Under the pieces are notes generated by a model. The model had not been told where the DNA came from and ran no database searches. It saw only the letters and a program-made list of their open reading frames with translations. From contig JAXLNO010000177.1 in NCBI GenBank assembly GCA_038087875.1, positions 62,001 to 126,000 on the forward strand: DNA of 64,000 bases, in the 5' to 3' direction. Shown here in pieces: positions 11,056 through 22,000 of this stretch. Position numbers and translations under genes: made by a program. Position 1 is the first letter of the stretch, and each line of letters opens with the position of its first letter. The stretch comes from Malacoraja senta (taxonomy: Eukaryota).

Positions 11056-13983
11056 ATGAGGGTAGAAGCAATAGGTAGCAAGGTGAAAAGTAAAAGTGGC
11101 AGGCAGACAAATCCAGGGCAAAAATCAAAAAGGGCCACTTTTCAACATAATTGTATAAGAGGTAAGAGCGTTGTAAAAACAAGCCTGAAGGCTTTGTGTC
11201 TCAGTGCTAGGAGCACTCGTAATAAGGTGGATGAGTTGAATGTGCAGATAGCTATTAATGATTATGATATAGTTGGGATCACGGAGACATGGCTCCAGGG
11301 TGACCAAGGCTGGGAGCTGAACATCCAGGGCTATTCAATATTCAGGAGGGATAGACAGAAAGGAAAAGGAGGTGGGGTAGCGTTGCTGGTTAGAGAGGAG
11401 ATTAACGCAATGGAAAAGAAGGACATTAGCTTGGAGGATGTGGAATCAATATGGGTAGAGCTGCGAAACACTAAGGGGCAGAAAACGCTAGTGGGAGTTG
11501 TGTACAGGCCACCTAACAGTAGTAGTGGAGTTGGGGATGACATCAAACAGTAAATTAGAAATGCGTGCAACAAAGGTAAAACAGTTATAATGGGTGACTT
11601 CAATCTACATATAGATTGGGTGAATCAAATTGACAGGGGTGTTGAGGAAGAGGATTTCTTGGAATGTATGCGGGATAGTTTTCTAAACCAACATGTAGAG
11701 GAACCAACGAGCGAGCAGGCTATTCTAGACTGGGTATTGAGTAATGAGGAAGGGTTAGTTAGCAGTCTTGTTGTGCGTAGCCCCTTGGGCAAGAGTGACC
11801 ATAATATGGTTGAGTTCTTCATTAGGATGGAGAGTGACATTGTTAATTCAGAAACAAGGGTTCTGAACTTAAAGAAAGGTAACTTTGAAGGTATGAGACG
11901 TGAATTGGCCAAGATAGACTGGCAATTGATTCTTAACGGGTTGACGGTGGATATACAATGGAAGGCATTTAAAGACTGCATGGATGAACTACAACAATTG
12001 TTCATCCCAGTTTGGCAAAAGAATAAATCAGGGAAGGTAGTGTATGCGTGGATAACAAAGGAAATCAGGGATAGTATCAAAACGAAAGATGAAGCGTACA
12101 AATTAGCCAGAAAAAGCAGCCTACCAGAGGACTGGGAGAAATTTAGAGTCCAGCAGAGGAGGACAAAGGGCTTAATTAGGAAAGGGAAAATAGATTATGA
12201 AAGAAAACTGGCAGGGAACATAAAAACTGACTGCAAACGTTTTTATAGATATGTGAAGAGAAAAAGATTAGTTAAAACAAATGTAGGTCCCTTGCGGTCA
12301 GAAACAGGTGAATTGATCATGGGGAACAAGGACATGGCAGACCAATTGAATAACTACTTTGGTTCACCTACTTCACCAAGGAAGACAGAAATAATCTGCC
12401 GGAAATAGCAGGGGGCCGCGGGTCAAGTGAGATGGAGGAACTGAGTGAAATCCAGGTTAGTCGGGAAGTGGTGTTAGGTAAATTGAATGGATTAAAGGCC
12501 GATAAATCCCCAGGGCCAGATAGGCTGCATCCCAGAGTATTTAAGGAAGTAGCCCCAGAAATAGTGGATGCATTAGTGATAATTTTTCAAAACTCTTTAG
12601 ATTCTGGAGTAGTTCCTGAGGATTGGAGGGTAGCTAATGTAACCCCACTTATTAAAAAGGGAGGGGAGCGAAAACGGGGAATTACAGACCAGTTAGTCTA
12701 ACATCGGTAGTGGGGAAAATGCTAGAGTCAGTTATTAAAGATGGGATAGCAGCACATTTGGAAAGTGGTGAAATCAGTGGCATGGATTTATGAAAGGTAA
12801 ATCATGTCTGACGAATCTTATAGAATTTTTCGACGATGTAACTAATAGAGTGGATAAGGGACAACCAGTGGATGTGTTATATCTGGACTTTCAGAAGGCT
12901 TTCGACAAGGTCCCACATAAGAGATTAGCATACAAAATTAAAGCACACGGTATTGGGGGTTCAGTATTGATGTGGATAGAGAACTGGCTGGCAAACAGAG
13001 GAAGCAAAGAGTAGCAGTAAACGGGTCCTTTTCAAATTGGCAGGCAGTGACTAGTGGGGTACCGCAAGGCTCAGTGCTGGGACCCCAGCTATTTACAATA
13101 TATATTAATGATATGGACGAGGGAATTGAATGCAACATCTCCAAGTTTGCGGATGACACAAAGCTGGGAGACAGTGTTAGCTGTGAGGAGGGTGCTAGGA
13201 GGCTGCAAGTTGACTTGGATAGGCTGGGTGAGTGGGCAAATGCCTGGCAGATGCAGTATAATGTGGATAAATGTGAGGTTATCCACTATGGTGGCAAAAA
13301 CAGGAAAGTAGACTGTTATCTGAATGGTGGCCGATTAGGAAAAGGGGAGATGCAACGAGACCTGGGTGTCATGGTACACCAATCATTGAAAGTAGGCATG
13401 CAGGTGCAGCAGGCAGTGAAGAAAGCGAATGGTATGTTAGCATTCATAGCAAAAGGATGTGAGTATAGGAGCAGGGAGGTTCTACTGCAGTTGTACAGGG
13501 TCTTGGTGAGACCACAGCTGGAGTATTGCGTACAGTTTTGGTCTCCAAATCTGAGGAAAGACATTCTTGCCATAGAGGGAGTACAGAGAAGGTTCACCAG
13601 ACTGTTTCCTGGGATGTCAGGACTTTCATATGAAGAAAGACTGGATAGACTCGGCCTGTACTCGCTAGAATTTAGAAGATTGAGGGGGGACCTTATAGAA
13701 ACTTACAAAATTCTTAAGGGGTTGGACAGGCTAGATGCTGGAAGATTGTTCCCGATGTTGGGGAAGTCCAGGACAAGGGGTCACAGTTTAAGGATAAGGG
13801 GGAAATCCTTTAGGACCGAGATGAGAAAAACATATTTCACACAGAGTGGAGAATCTCTGGAATTCACTGCCACAGAAGGTAGTTGAGGCCAGTTCATTGG
13901 CTATATTTAAGAGGGAGTTAAATGTGGCCCTTGTGGCTAAAGGGATCAGGGGGTATGGAGAGAATGCAGGTACAGGATACTGA
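11056..13983 (+). pseudogene. CR1 ORF2 (APE endonuclease and reverse transcriptase), broken by stops and frameshifts
   Basis: IVGITETWL, VYRPP, MGDFN, SDHN, KSPGPD, YLDFQKAFDKVPH, GVPQGSVLGP, KFADDTKL. Confidence 0.95.
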
Positions 13984-15904
13984 GTTGGATGATCAGCCAT
14001 GATCATATTGAATGGCGGTGCAGGCTCGACGGGCCGAATGGCCTACTCCTGCACCTATTTTCTATGTTTCTATGTTTTCCCATGATTACAAGCATCTAAT
14101 AATACCACAAAATACTCCTGCCAGAAGTATGCAAAACACTTTTGCTTTAATTAAACTAATAATCCCATTACAAATTGCCTTACATGCAAAGCCTAGATGT
14201 TTTTGTGTCACCGTCAGAGTAGTAAATGTGACTTGTAACCTTCCTGAGTAATCGATTTTAAATGCATTTACAAGTTCATAAGTCATTCGAGTTTATTTAG
14301 CCATTCGCCCCATTGAGTCTACTCCGCCATTTAATCATGGCTCATCTATCTTTCCTTCTCGACCCCATTATCCTTCTTTCTCCCATAACCTTTGACACCC
14401 TTCCTAATCAAGAACATGTCAATCTCTGCTTTAAGTATACCTAATGACATGGCCTCCACAGCCACCTATGGCAATGAATTCCTCAGACTCACCACTCTCT
14501 GACTGAAGAAATTCATCCTTATTTTTTTATAGGTATGTCCTTTAATTCCGAGGCTGTGCCCTGTGGTCCGAGACCATCTCACTAGTGGAAACATCCTCTC
14601 CACATCCACCTTATCCAGGCCTACCATTATTCTGTAAGTTTCAATGAGGTCCTCTCTCCTCTTTCCAAACTCCAGTGAGTACAGGTCCTGAGTGGTCAAA
14701 CGCTCATATGTTAACCCAATCGTCCCCGGGATCATTCACGTAAACCACCTCTGGATGTCGGCACAGCCAGCCCCCACCTCAGATGTAGGCCCAAAACTGC
14801 TCACAATACTCCAAATGCCGTCTGACCAGTGCCTTCTAAAGCCACAGCGTAACATCCCTGTTTTTATATTCAAATTCTCTCAAAATAAATGCTTTTAGAT
14901 CACTTGCCATGCTTTGTTTTCTCCCCCTCGCCCCTCTGGACAAGCCTGTCGGACACCTGCTTCACACTTATGTTCTGCCTCCACAATCAGCAATTCTGAA
15001 AAACTGCAACTCTTCCCGGCGCTTTTTAAAACCTTTTTCTTGTTAAAAAGCAGACTCTTACTTCCAGCAAGATGGCTCTGCTCCCTCTGGCTTCAGTTTT
15101 TGCGGTAGAAATAATCCCAATGATCCTCTGCTTCCATTGTATTTGATACTTTGGTTTTGTATATTAACTCCTGAATGTTCCTGATCCTATACCCACCTTT
15201 CTCAGCTGTGGTATTTTCACAATTGTTTCTTGGTTCTTACAAATCATTACTCCATGCTATTTGTTTTAAGAACAAAGTCTTCCCTGGGTGCCACACTTTA
15301 CCTACATACTTGTGCACTAGAGTGAACTTCGAAAGGCATCATTGCTGCAGAGATGAGTTTTTAAGTGGAGATGGCCTCTTGGCTGCCTTCATCGTCCCAC
15401 AAAAAAGAGAGCACCTGCCTCATAGTACATGTGATAATGTCCTGTTGACTTCTTGACCTGCAAGTGAGTTATAAAAGCTAGTCCTAGCACAATGGAGGTG
15501 TGGAGAAAGAATATCTAGCTTCTTTCAGTGGAATGCAAAACAGGTGGGCTGCTTTGAATAATGATCTCAACTATGGGAATGCTGTTGGAGATGCATTAAT
15601 TGATGCAAATGGAAAACTTCGGGACATGAGTAGATGGGTTACTTACAATCCCTGACCAGTTCTTGTAGCCACACTAATTGTGTTTGATCTAGTTAGGTTC
15701 TGGCCAGTGATGACCCCAGAATGTTGGTGTGACTTGGCAATGCTAATGCGATTGAACATCATCTGTATGCGGTTCGATTCTCCATTTTTGGAGCTGATCT
15801 TTGATTTTTCTGTGTATGAATGTTACTTGCCACTGTTTAGTCTACGCTGAATGTCGTCCAGATTCAGCTGAATGCTGGACATGAACTCTTTAATTTTCTA
15901 AAGA

Positions 15905-16150
15905 TTATAGAGTGATACAGTGTGGAAACAGGCCCTTCTGCCCAACTTGCTCACATCAGCCAACATGTCCAAGCTACATTAGTCCCACCTGCCTGCGTTT
16001 GGTCCATATCCCTCCAAACCAGTCCTATCCATGTACCTGTCTAACTGTTTCTTAAATGTTGGGATAGTCCCAGTCTCAACTACCTCTTCTGGCAGCTCGT
16101 TCCATACACCCATCGGCCTTTGTGTGATAAAGTTACCCCTCAGATTCCTA
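15905..16150 (-). mobile_element. CR1-clade LINE 3' end fragment (similar fragments at ~24655-24945 +, 41720-41905 -, 46660-46895 -)
   Basis: Translates ...TQRPMGVWNELPEEVVETGTIPTFKKQLDRYM...GYGPNAGRWD. Confidence 0.8.
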
Positions 16151-16156
16151 GGAGAG

Positions 16157-16779
16157 TGACACCACATTTTAGGAGGCACACACTGAATCTCTCGATTTTC
16201 TCTTACATCGGTTGTTTCGACAATAATCGACCGGACATCTGGGTTGGTTTAAACGTACGTTTATTCAGCAGGAGTCTTTACACAGGTTAGCAACCTAGCA
16301 AAGAGTCAAGCTCTATGCCTTTATTCGTAATGCCTTATATACTTTAATGCTACGGTTTATGCCTCCCATATTACACAATCAAGCAATCAGACACGTATGC
16401 GTTGGTCAGGATTACAGGCACGTACATATTGGGAGATGTTATTTAGTGGAACAATACTAGAGATAAGACGGGTACATTCCTCAGCCTTCTGGGCGCGGCG
16501 GTTTGTATATTCCTCAGACTTCTGAGCGCCAGCCATCTCAGTCAGACGGGTGCGGGTAATACTATAGTCGCGAATATGCTGTAACAGCAGGACAATGTGT
16601 ATTTCTCATGACCACAACTTCCTGAAACGTGCAGCTACATATTCAGCAACTTTGGTCAGCATACATTTTGTTTTAATCCAGTCCACCTGGCCAAACCATT
16701 TTACCTTCACAGAACAATCTTACAGCGTTTATTCGAGATTTACATTCACAACACCACATTTTAGGAGGCACATACCACA
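16157..16779 (-). mobile_element. Candidate retroviral-type LTR preceded by a polypurine tract (3' LTR)
   Basis: Minus strand: AAGGGAGAAAA (16780-16790), then TGTGGTATGTGCC ... TGTGGTGTCA (TG...CA); AATAAA motifs near 16260 and 16320; a 22-bp direct repeat near both ends. Confidence 0.55.
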
Positions 16780-16836
16780 TTTTCTCCCTTGATAATAATT
16801 TTACAGTAACTTGCATTTTGTGGACTGTTAAATAAA

Positions 16837-16950
16837 GGTGGCACGTGGGTGTAGCGTTAGAGCTACTGCCTTACTGCGCCAGAGACCTGGGTTCGATCCT
16901 GACTACGGATGCTTGTCCATACGGAGTTTGTACCTTTTCCCCATGACCTG
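16837..16950 (+). mobile_element. tRNA-derived V-SINE (HE1-like) 5' fragment
   Basis: tRNA-like head with a GGTTCGATCC B-box, followed by the start of the V-domain (GGAGTTTG...). Confidence 0.7.
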
Positions 16951-17375
16951 CACGTGCCATCAGGGTAGGCAAGGTAGGCACTGCCTACCCTGACTAAAAT
17001 TATAAAATGGTCATTATTAAATATAAATAGTAAAGGCACGGGAGAATTATGCCTACCTAAGAGATCGATCTCTTACATAGGCATAATTCTCCCGTGCCTT
17101 TCATCCGCAGTACATGTAATACGTGAAAGTATGTGCAGCTCACGTGCCGTCGACGCTGCTTCAACCTTCAATGACAAGGGGAGCTGAATCTAGCTGAAAT
17201 TCTGCCTTTACACCGTGGTCTGTGCATGCGCAGCGCAAGTTTCTTGGTGCGTTTTTCAAACATGGATCGTCCTTATCTTAAGAGTACCTTATGAAACAAA
17301 GAGAGAAGAATGTAGTTAGTGTACAAATAATGTGGTAAGTAGATTTCTTTGAGCTTTATGTTTTTAAATACCGTA
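16951..17375. mobile_element. Unclassified non-autonomous element, probably a DNA transposon; second copy at ~26200-26620
   Basis: Two diverged copies share the head GGCAAGGTAGGCACTGCCTA and ~400 bp of body; the head is a local hairpin (CAGGGTAGGCA...TGCCTACCCTG). Confidence 0.5.
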
Positions 17376-17614
17376 TTTCCCGGCAATGAAGACGCTATTG
17401 TTTACCCAAAAATAAGGTACGACAATTTACCTGCAGGCCAAAGGTTAGGTTGTTAGACGAGAAAGATAGACTTGGTTGTTCCTCAGTACAGCAACATCAA
17501 GAACGATGTTGCTGTACTGAGGGATAGCCAAGTCTATCCCTCATTGCTGGCAGCTGATGGGAAGCGGCTGTAAAGTGGGAAGCGGTCGTAAAAGGACAGC
17601 GCCGCTGGGGGGTT

Positions 17615-18053
17615 CCAATACCGAAAGGGGCTGCTCCTTGCCTTCTGGCTGCACTTCACACCCACCATCCTCATCTTTGGACAAACTGTGCGTGGGGCCG
17701 AAGATGTCCTAGTTGGGTTGTTCATAGGCCTGGTCAAGCTGGCCATCCACAAGGCCCAGGACCAGGCGGAAGAGGGCTCTACCCGAGCCTGCTAGCTGCC
17801 CCTTTTCCGGCATCACGTCCATGCCCGGTTAGTTTTAGAAAGGGACTACGCATTGTTCACGGGCTCCCTGGGGGTTTCCGGGACCACTGAGCACCACGGG
17901 ACAAGGAATGCACCCTCAATAAGGATGGTGATAGTTGTATAGTAGTATATTCAGTATATTTGTTTGACCTGTATTATGGAGGTGGGTTTTGATTTGATTT
18001 ATTTTGTACTGTACATATTATTGTAAATAATTAAATTATTTTTGGTTAAAAAA
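17615..18053 (+). mobile_element. L1/Tx1-like LINE 3' fragment
   Basis: Translates LLLAFWLHFTPTILIFG...VLVGLFIGLVKLAIHK, followed by an AT-rich 3' UTR ending in an A-run. Confidence 0.55.
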
Positions 18054-18339
18054 ACTGTTCTGTTGAATCACCGGTGGTGCTGAGTCAGCGTACAAAAGAG
18101 AGAGAGAATATCTGGTTGAGTGTTGTCAGCATTAATTTGAACAATAAAAAGGATTTTAATTTAGTTGCTACAAATCTGAAACCTTTCAAACACAAACACA
18201 ATAGACTTCCTTGTGCAGAGTTTAGTTTAGTTTAGAGATACAGCACAGAAACAGGCCCTTCGCCCCACTGAGTCTGCACAAGCCAGCAATCCCTGAACAT
18301 CGACACGCTAGGTACAATATTTACAATTTTCCCCATGAC

Positions 18340-19221
18340 CTGCAGGCTTTAACCTGCTTTCTCGTTGGCTCCATCCAATATGCTTTGACCTGGGTGACTG
18401 TTGTCTTCTCACTAATCCGTACTCCAGTGTCAATACCAAAGAGAACCATCACTACATGGGTACAAACTACTCCAAGCCCTGCCTTGCAATCACAGTGGGC
18501 ACTGTATATCTGGCCATTTGTCCCAATAACCCATGGCGTCAATGGCTTAGAATTCACGCCGACAGCTTGTGAGTGCAGAACCTGTGGTACGAGGATAATT
18601 GAAAAGAAAAAGTGTTAAAATAGCTTCCAATAAGTAATAGCATAAATAACATAAGTAAGTAATAGCATAATGATAGAAAACTTACTTTTCCACACACCAC
18701 TCATAAGTCTGGAGAATTATTTGTGATGTATACACTAGTGTAGTGTAACCAACCATTAGCAAATTGATTGTAAGCCTCAGCTAACTTGTTGGCCTGAAAA
18801 TTCTTTGCTGTGTATGGACGGGGCGTTGAGATGAGGTAGGCCATGATGTCCATGGAATTAAGTTCTGGCAGTTGGGAGATGTCATGGGATCTCTCAGCTT
18901 CAGCCACTAAATAATGATCAATACCATTCAAGGAGACTTTTTGGACATATTATTTGTACTTAGCTGCGAGATTTGAGGCATACTGCGACAATTGAACGGA
19001 TGCGGGGGCAGAGGACAGGCTCGCTACACTGGAAGCCATGGTGAGTGCTTACCTGCAGTTCACCGCGTGTACTCCAGTTGGCCTTGCGTGGCAACAGTAC
19101 AGGTCACGGGTCGTGACCTCGACAGCCGTGCAACCTCCCTATAGTCTGGGTTGGGTCTGAACTGGGATGTCTGGAACCGGAGCTGGAATCCACGAGGTAA
19201 AAGATGGATGCGCAGGCAAGT
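18340..19221 (-). mobile_element. ISL2EU-like (PIF/Harbinger group) transposon remnant: N-terminal part of the SWIM/YqaJ-type accessory gene with one intron
   Basis: Exon 1 ...DIMAYLISTPRPYT...EAYNQFANGW...VVCGK; GT-AG intron at 18582-18685; exon 2 VLHSQAVGVNSKPLTPW...SAHCDCKAGLGVVCTHV (SWIM-type CxC...CxH). Confidence 0.7.
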
Positions 19222-19400
19222 CCCGAGAAAACAAATGTGGTGTGGTAATGGATCTGGGTTACGACGTGGTCGTAGAGTCGGAGGGAAGGAGGAATCACAG
19301 AGGGGGAGCAGTGAGAGAGGATGTTGCTGAACTCTCCTCGGAAAGAGGAGGAAAACTTCAAAGTAGACATACCTTGAGGAGATTTCGCAGTGGAGTGGAT
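19222..19400 (-). mobile_element. Probable Penelope-like element ORF 5' fragment
   Basis: MSTLKFSSSFRGEFSNILSHCSPSV...LRLYDHVVTQIHYHTTFVF resembles the N-termini of fish PLE ORFs as I recall them. Confidence 0.4.
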
Positions 19401-19479
19401 AATATGTTTAAGAGGACAATATGTTTAAGAGAAACTGCAGATGCTGGTTTGGCAAGGGACCTATAAAGTTCAAATTAAT

Positions 19480-21386
19480 TAAATCGAAAGATTTCAACCC
19501 TGGCCACCAATAGCACATTTGTGAAGGGGCCATCATGGCATGTAATCCATTATGTGCCATGCCCAAGCCTTGGTGTGCTTCTTGTGATAAACCAATTATG
19601 TCTCATATGGAAGGTATCAGCTGTAACCCTTTGATGGGAAGGTTGTGCACAATCTTTCCATCTGGGTCTTTGCTCTATGTATATCTGGCGGGATAGCGGG
19701 GGTGTTTTGATCCATTAGCTGCTTGAGAAACAAATCTTGGTTTTACCGTCTCTGTGTTCTTGTGACTACACACACCTTTGTCATGTTTGGTGTTAAGGAG
19801 ACAGCAATTTTTGCCATCTGGTCTGCCAGGTTATTCCCGTATGCATGAAGCCCTTTTTTTGTGTCGGCTTCTACATGGATTATCTCTAAATGGGGATAGG
19901 TCTTTTGTATTTTTGCCAATTATTTCTAGTCTTCAGCATTGCTTTTGAGCCAAGGTTTGTAAAGCCATTATGTTGCCATAGAGTAAGATCCATTTTATTT
20001 CCTTTGAATTGGACCATCACTGCCACAGGCAATGATGGTCCAATTCTATATTGCCATCGTAGAGTCTTTCCTCACCTTCTCCATCATGGTCTGGTTTTGC
20101 TCAGCCACCAAACACGACATCCGGAGGCAGCAGTGAATCGTTCGTTCAGCTGAGAAGGTTGTTGGCTGCAAACACCCCCCCCCCATTGATGAACTGTACA
20201 CTGCAAGGGCCAGGAAGCGAGCGGGTAAGATCATCTCTGACCCCTCTCACCGTGGCCACAAACTCTTTGAAGCATTCCCTCTGGAAGGCGACTCCGGACT
20301 GCCAAAGCCGCCACAGCCAGACATGAAAATAGCTTTAAGAAAAAACAACAAATTAAAATATTTTTCTCGGGTGTAATCTGGGCTCTTGCAATTGCGAAGA
20401 TCACTGCCTGAACCTCTGCATATTGTGCAGAATGATGTCCCAGACCTATTTGTAGGGTCTTTACTGTGGGGGATAAGAATCTTCCTATTATCACCCCGGC
20501 TCCAGCACAAGATTTAATGCCTTCTCCTTTAATTCTACATGATGGAGATGAGCCATCACAGTAAATGACTACTTCATATTGTTCGAGAGAAAGTGTATGT
20601 GGTATGTCTAACTGTATAGTTTCAAAAGTATTATCAGCTGCTGGTGGCAAATAGAGAATGTCAATCAAATCGTAATTATATTTCCATTCTAAGGTTTCAT
20701 CTAAGAGGAGGTCTGTCCATTGGTAGCATGTCTGTGTTGTACAGACATACTGATTGTACTTTGCAGGTTGGGGATATTAGTGTGCATTTTGATTTTATGA
20801 TCTCCCGAAAGGTCAGGCCTTTTGTTATGCCTGCATTGCTAATGCAAAAACGTTTTCTTTTAACTTAAAATGTTGTTTGACTGTAGAGAAATTATAGGAG
20901 TAGAAACCTACTGGCTCTTTGTCTCCTTTGTTGGAAAAGGCCGCTACCTGTTGTCCCAGTAATAATTGGACAATTAATGGAACTGACACACCCCTCTGTT
21001 ATAGGTCTATTGCTGTCTGTACTGCAGCTGCCAATTTCTTCCAGGCCTCATAGTCGTGGGCCATGAAATGGAATTTTTCTGTTCGACTACCATCCCCAAT
21101 TATTTTGTATAAAGGCTGGGAAAGTTCTGCAAAGGACGGGACAAAGATCCAAAATTTAACAGGCCTAAGGCAGCCTGTAAGTTTTTTGAGTACTAATATA
21201 GGGTGTCCTATATAGTGATTTTTTCCTGAAACTCTTCTGTTAGTCCTCTACTGTCGCCAGTCATTTTGAGTCCAAGAATGGTCACTTTGGGCCTTATATA
21301 GACTGATTTTTTAATATTAATATTATATCCATAGTCTTTTAGTCTAGAAAATACTGTGTCTCTCATATGTAAGACTTTGTCTAGAC
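19480..21386 (-). mobile_element. pol: Endogenous foamy-virus-like pol remnant: RT C-terminal half, tether, RNase H, integrase NED/NTD
   Basis: Across frameshifts: GYNINIKKS...RGLTEEFQEKI, LQAALGLLNF..FVPSFAELSQPLY, EQYEVVIYCDGSS, LGHHSAQYAEVQAVIFA, DLTLWQHNGFTN, HAYGNNLADQMAK, YPARYT*SKDPDGKI...EAHQGLGMAHNG...YWWPGL. These are collinear with prototype foamy virus Pol. Confidence 0.8.
19996..20345 (+). mobile_element. Rex1-like LINE 3' fragment inserted into the foamy-like RNase H
   Basis: AMMVQFYIAIVESFLTFSIMVWF...DPSHRGHKLFE; short inverted 5' piece at ~20006-20024. Confidence 0.75.
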
Positions 21387-22000
21387 CAGTGATTCCCAAA
21401 GTTTTGATACCCGTGTACCCCTTCATAAAGTTTCATCTTGTACCCCTCGTTAAAAACAATTGTATTTCATTGTAAAAGTCGTTAAAAATTGCATACATTT
21501 TTATTTTGGATTAAGGTATGCATGTAAACAAAGTGTTTCTATAATATAATGTATAATTACTAGAACAAAATTAATAAAGTATCCATTAAATAAATCTTTA
21601 ATTAAAATAATTTATCATCAATGTGAAGGATGAAATTGCATATGTTGCGAAAAATGTAGGCAAAATTTGTATCTGTACTTGTTAATTTGAACCTCAGTTG
21701 CGGTTTGACATCTAATATGTGGTTCCTCTTCTTTGAATTAACGTCCACAAGAGCAGAAAATCCAACTTCACACAGGTATGAGCTTGGAAATGGAAAAATG
21801 AACTTTAGGGCTTTATCTGACAATTCTGGAAATTCATTTTGTGTTTGTAACTAAAATGAAGATAATGTGTTCACTTTATATTAGTTTTTTAAGAATCCAT
21901 CAGAAGCTAATTCCAAAAGTTGTTCTGCTTCTGTTTGTAACAGACCTTTTGGCACTGATTGAATGATGTTGAATGGGCAACTTATCCACTCAATATCTAT
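21387..22000 (-). mobile_element. hAT (Charlie/Buster-type) transposon 3' end with transposase dimerisation-domain remnant (21602-~21990)
   Basis: ALKFIFPFPSSYLCEVGFSALVDVNSKKRN; terminus CAGTGATTCCCAA next to the Charlie-type target site GTCTAGAC (21379-21386). Confidence 0.85.

Larger units (their letters stand above)
8082..14075 (+). mobile_element. Near full-length CR1-clade LINE (5' UTR, ORF1 esterase, ORF2 APE-RT, short TTCTATGT repeat tail), decayed
   Basis: ORF1 and ORF2 motifs as listed below. Both boundaries are fixed by the empty site in the left arm (CTGCATTAATA|TTTCCCATG). Confidence 0.95.
4330..14684. repeat. Right arm of the inverted duplication, interrupted by a CR1 insertion (8082-14075) and carrying an extra ~335 bp (4457-4791)
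   Basis: 4330-4456 mirrors ~3886-4013; 4792-8081 mirrors ~609-3885; 14076-14684 mirrors 1-608. Confidence 0.95.
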
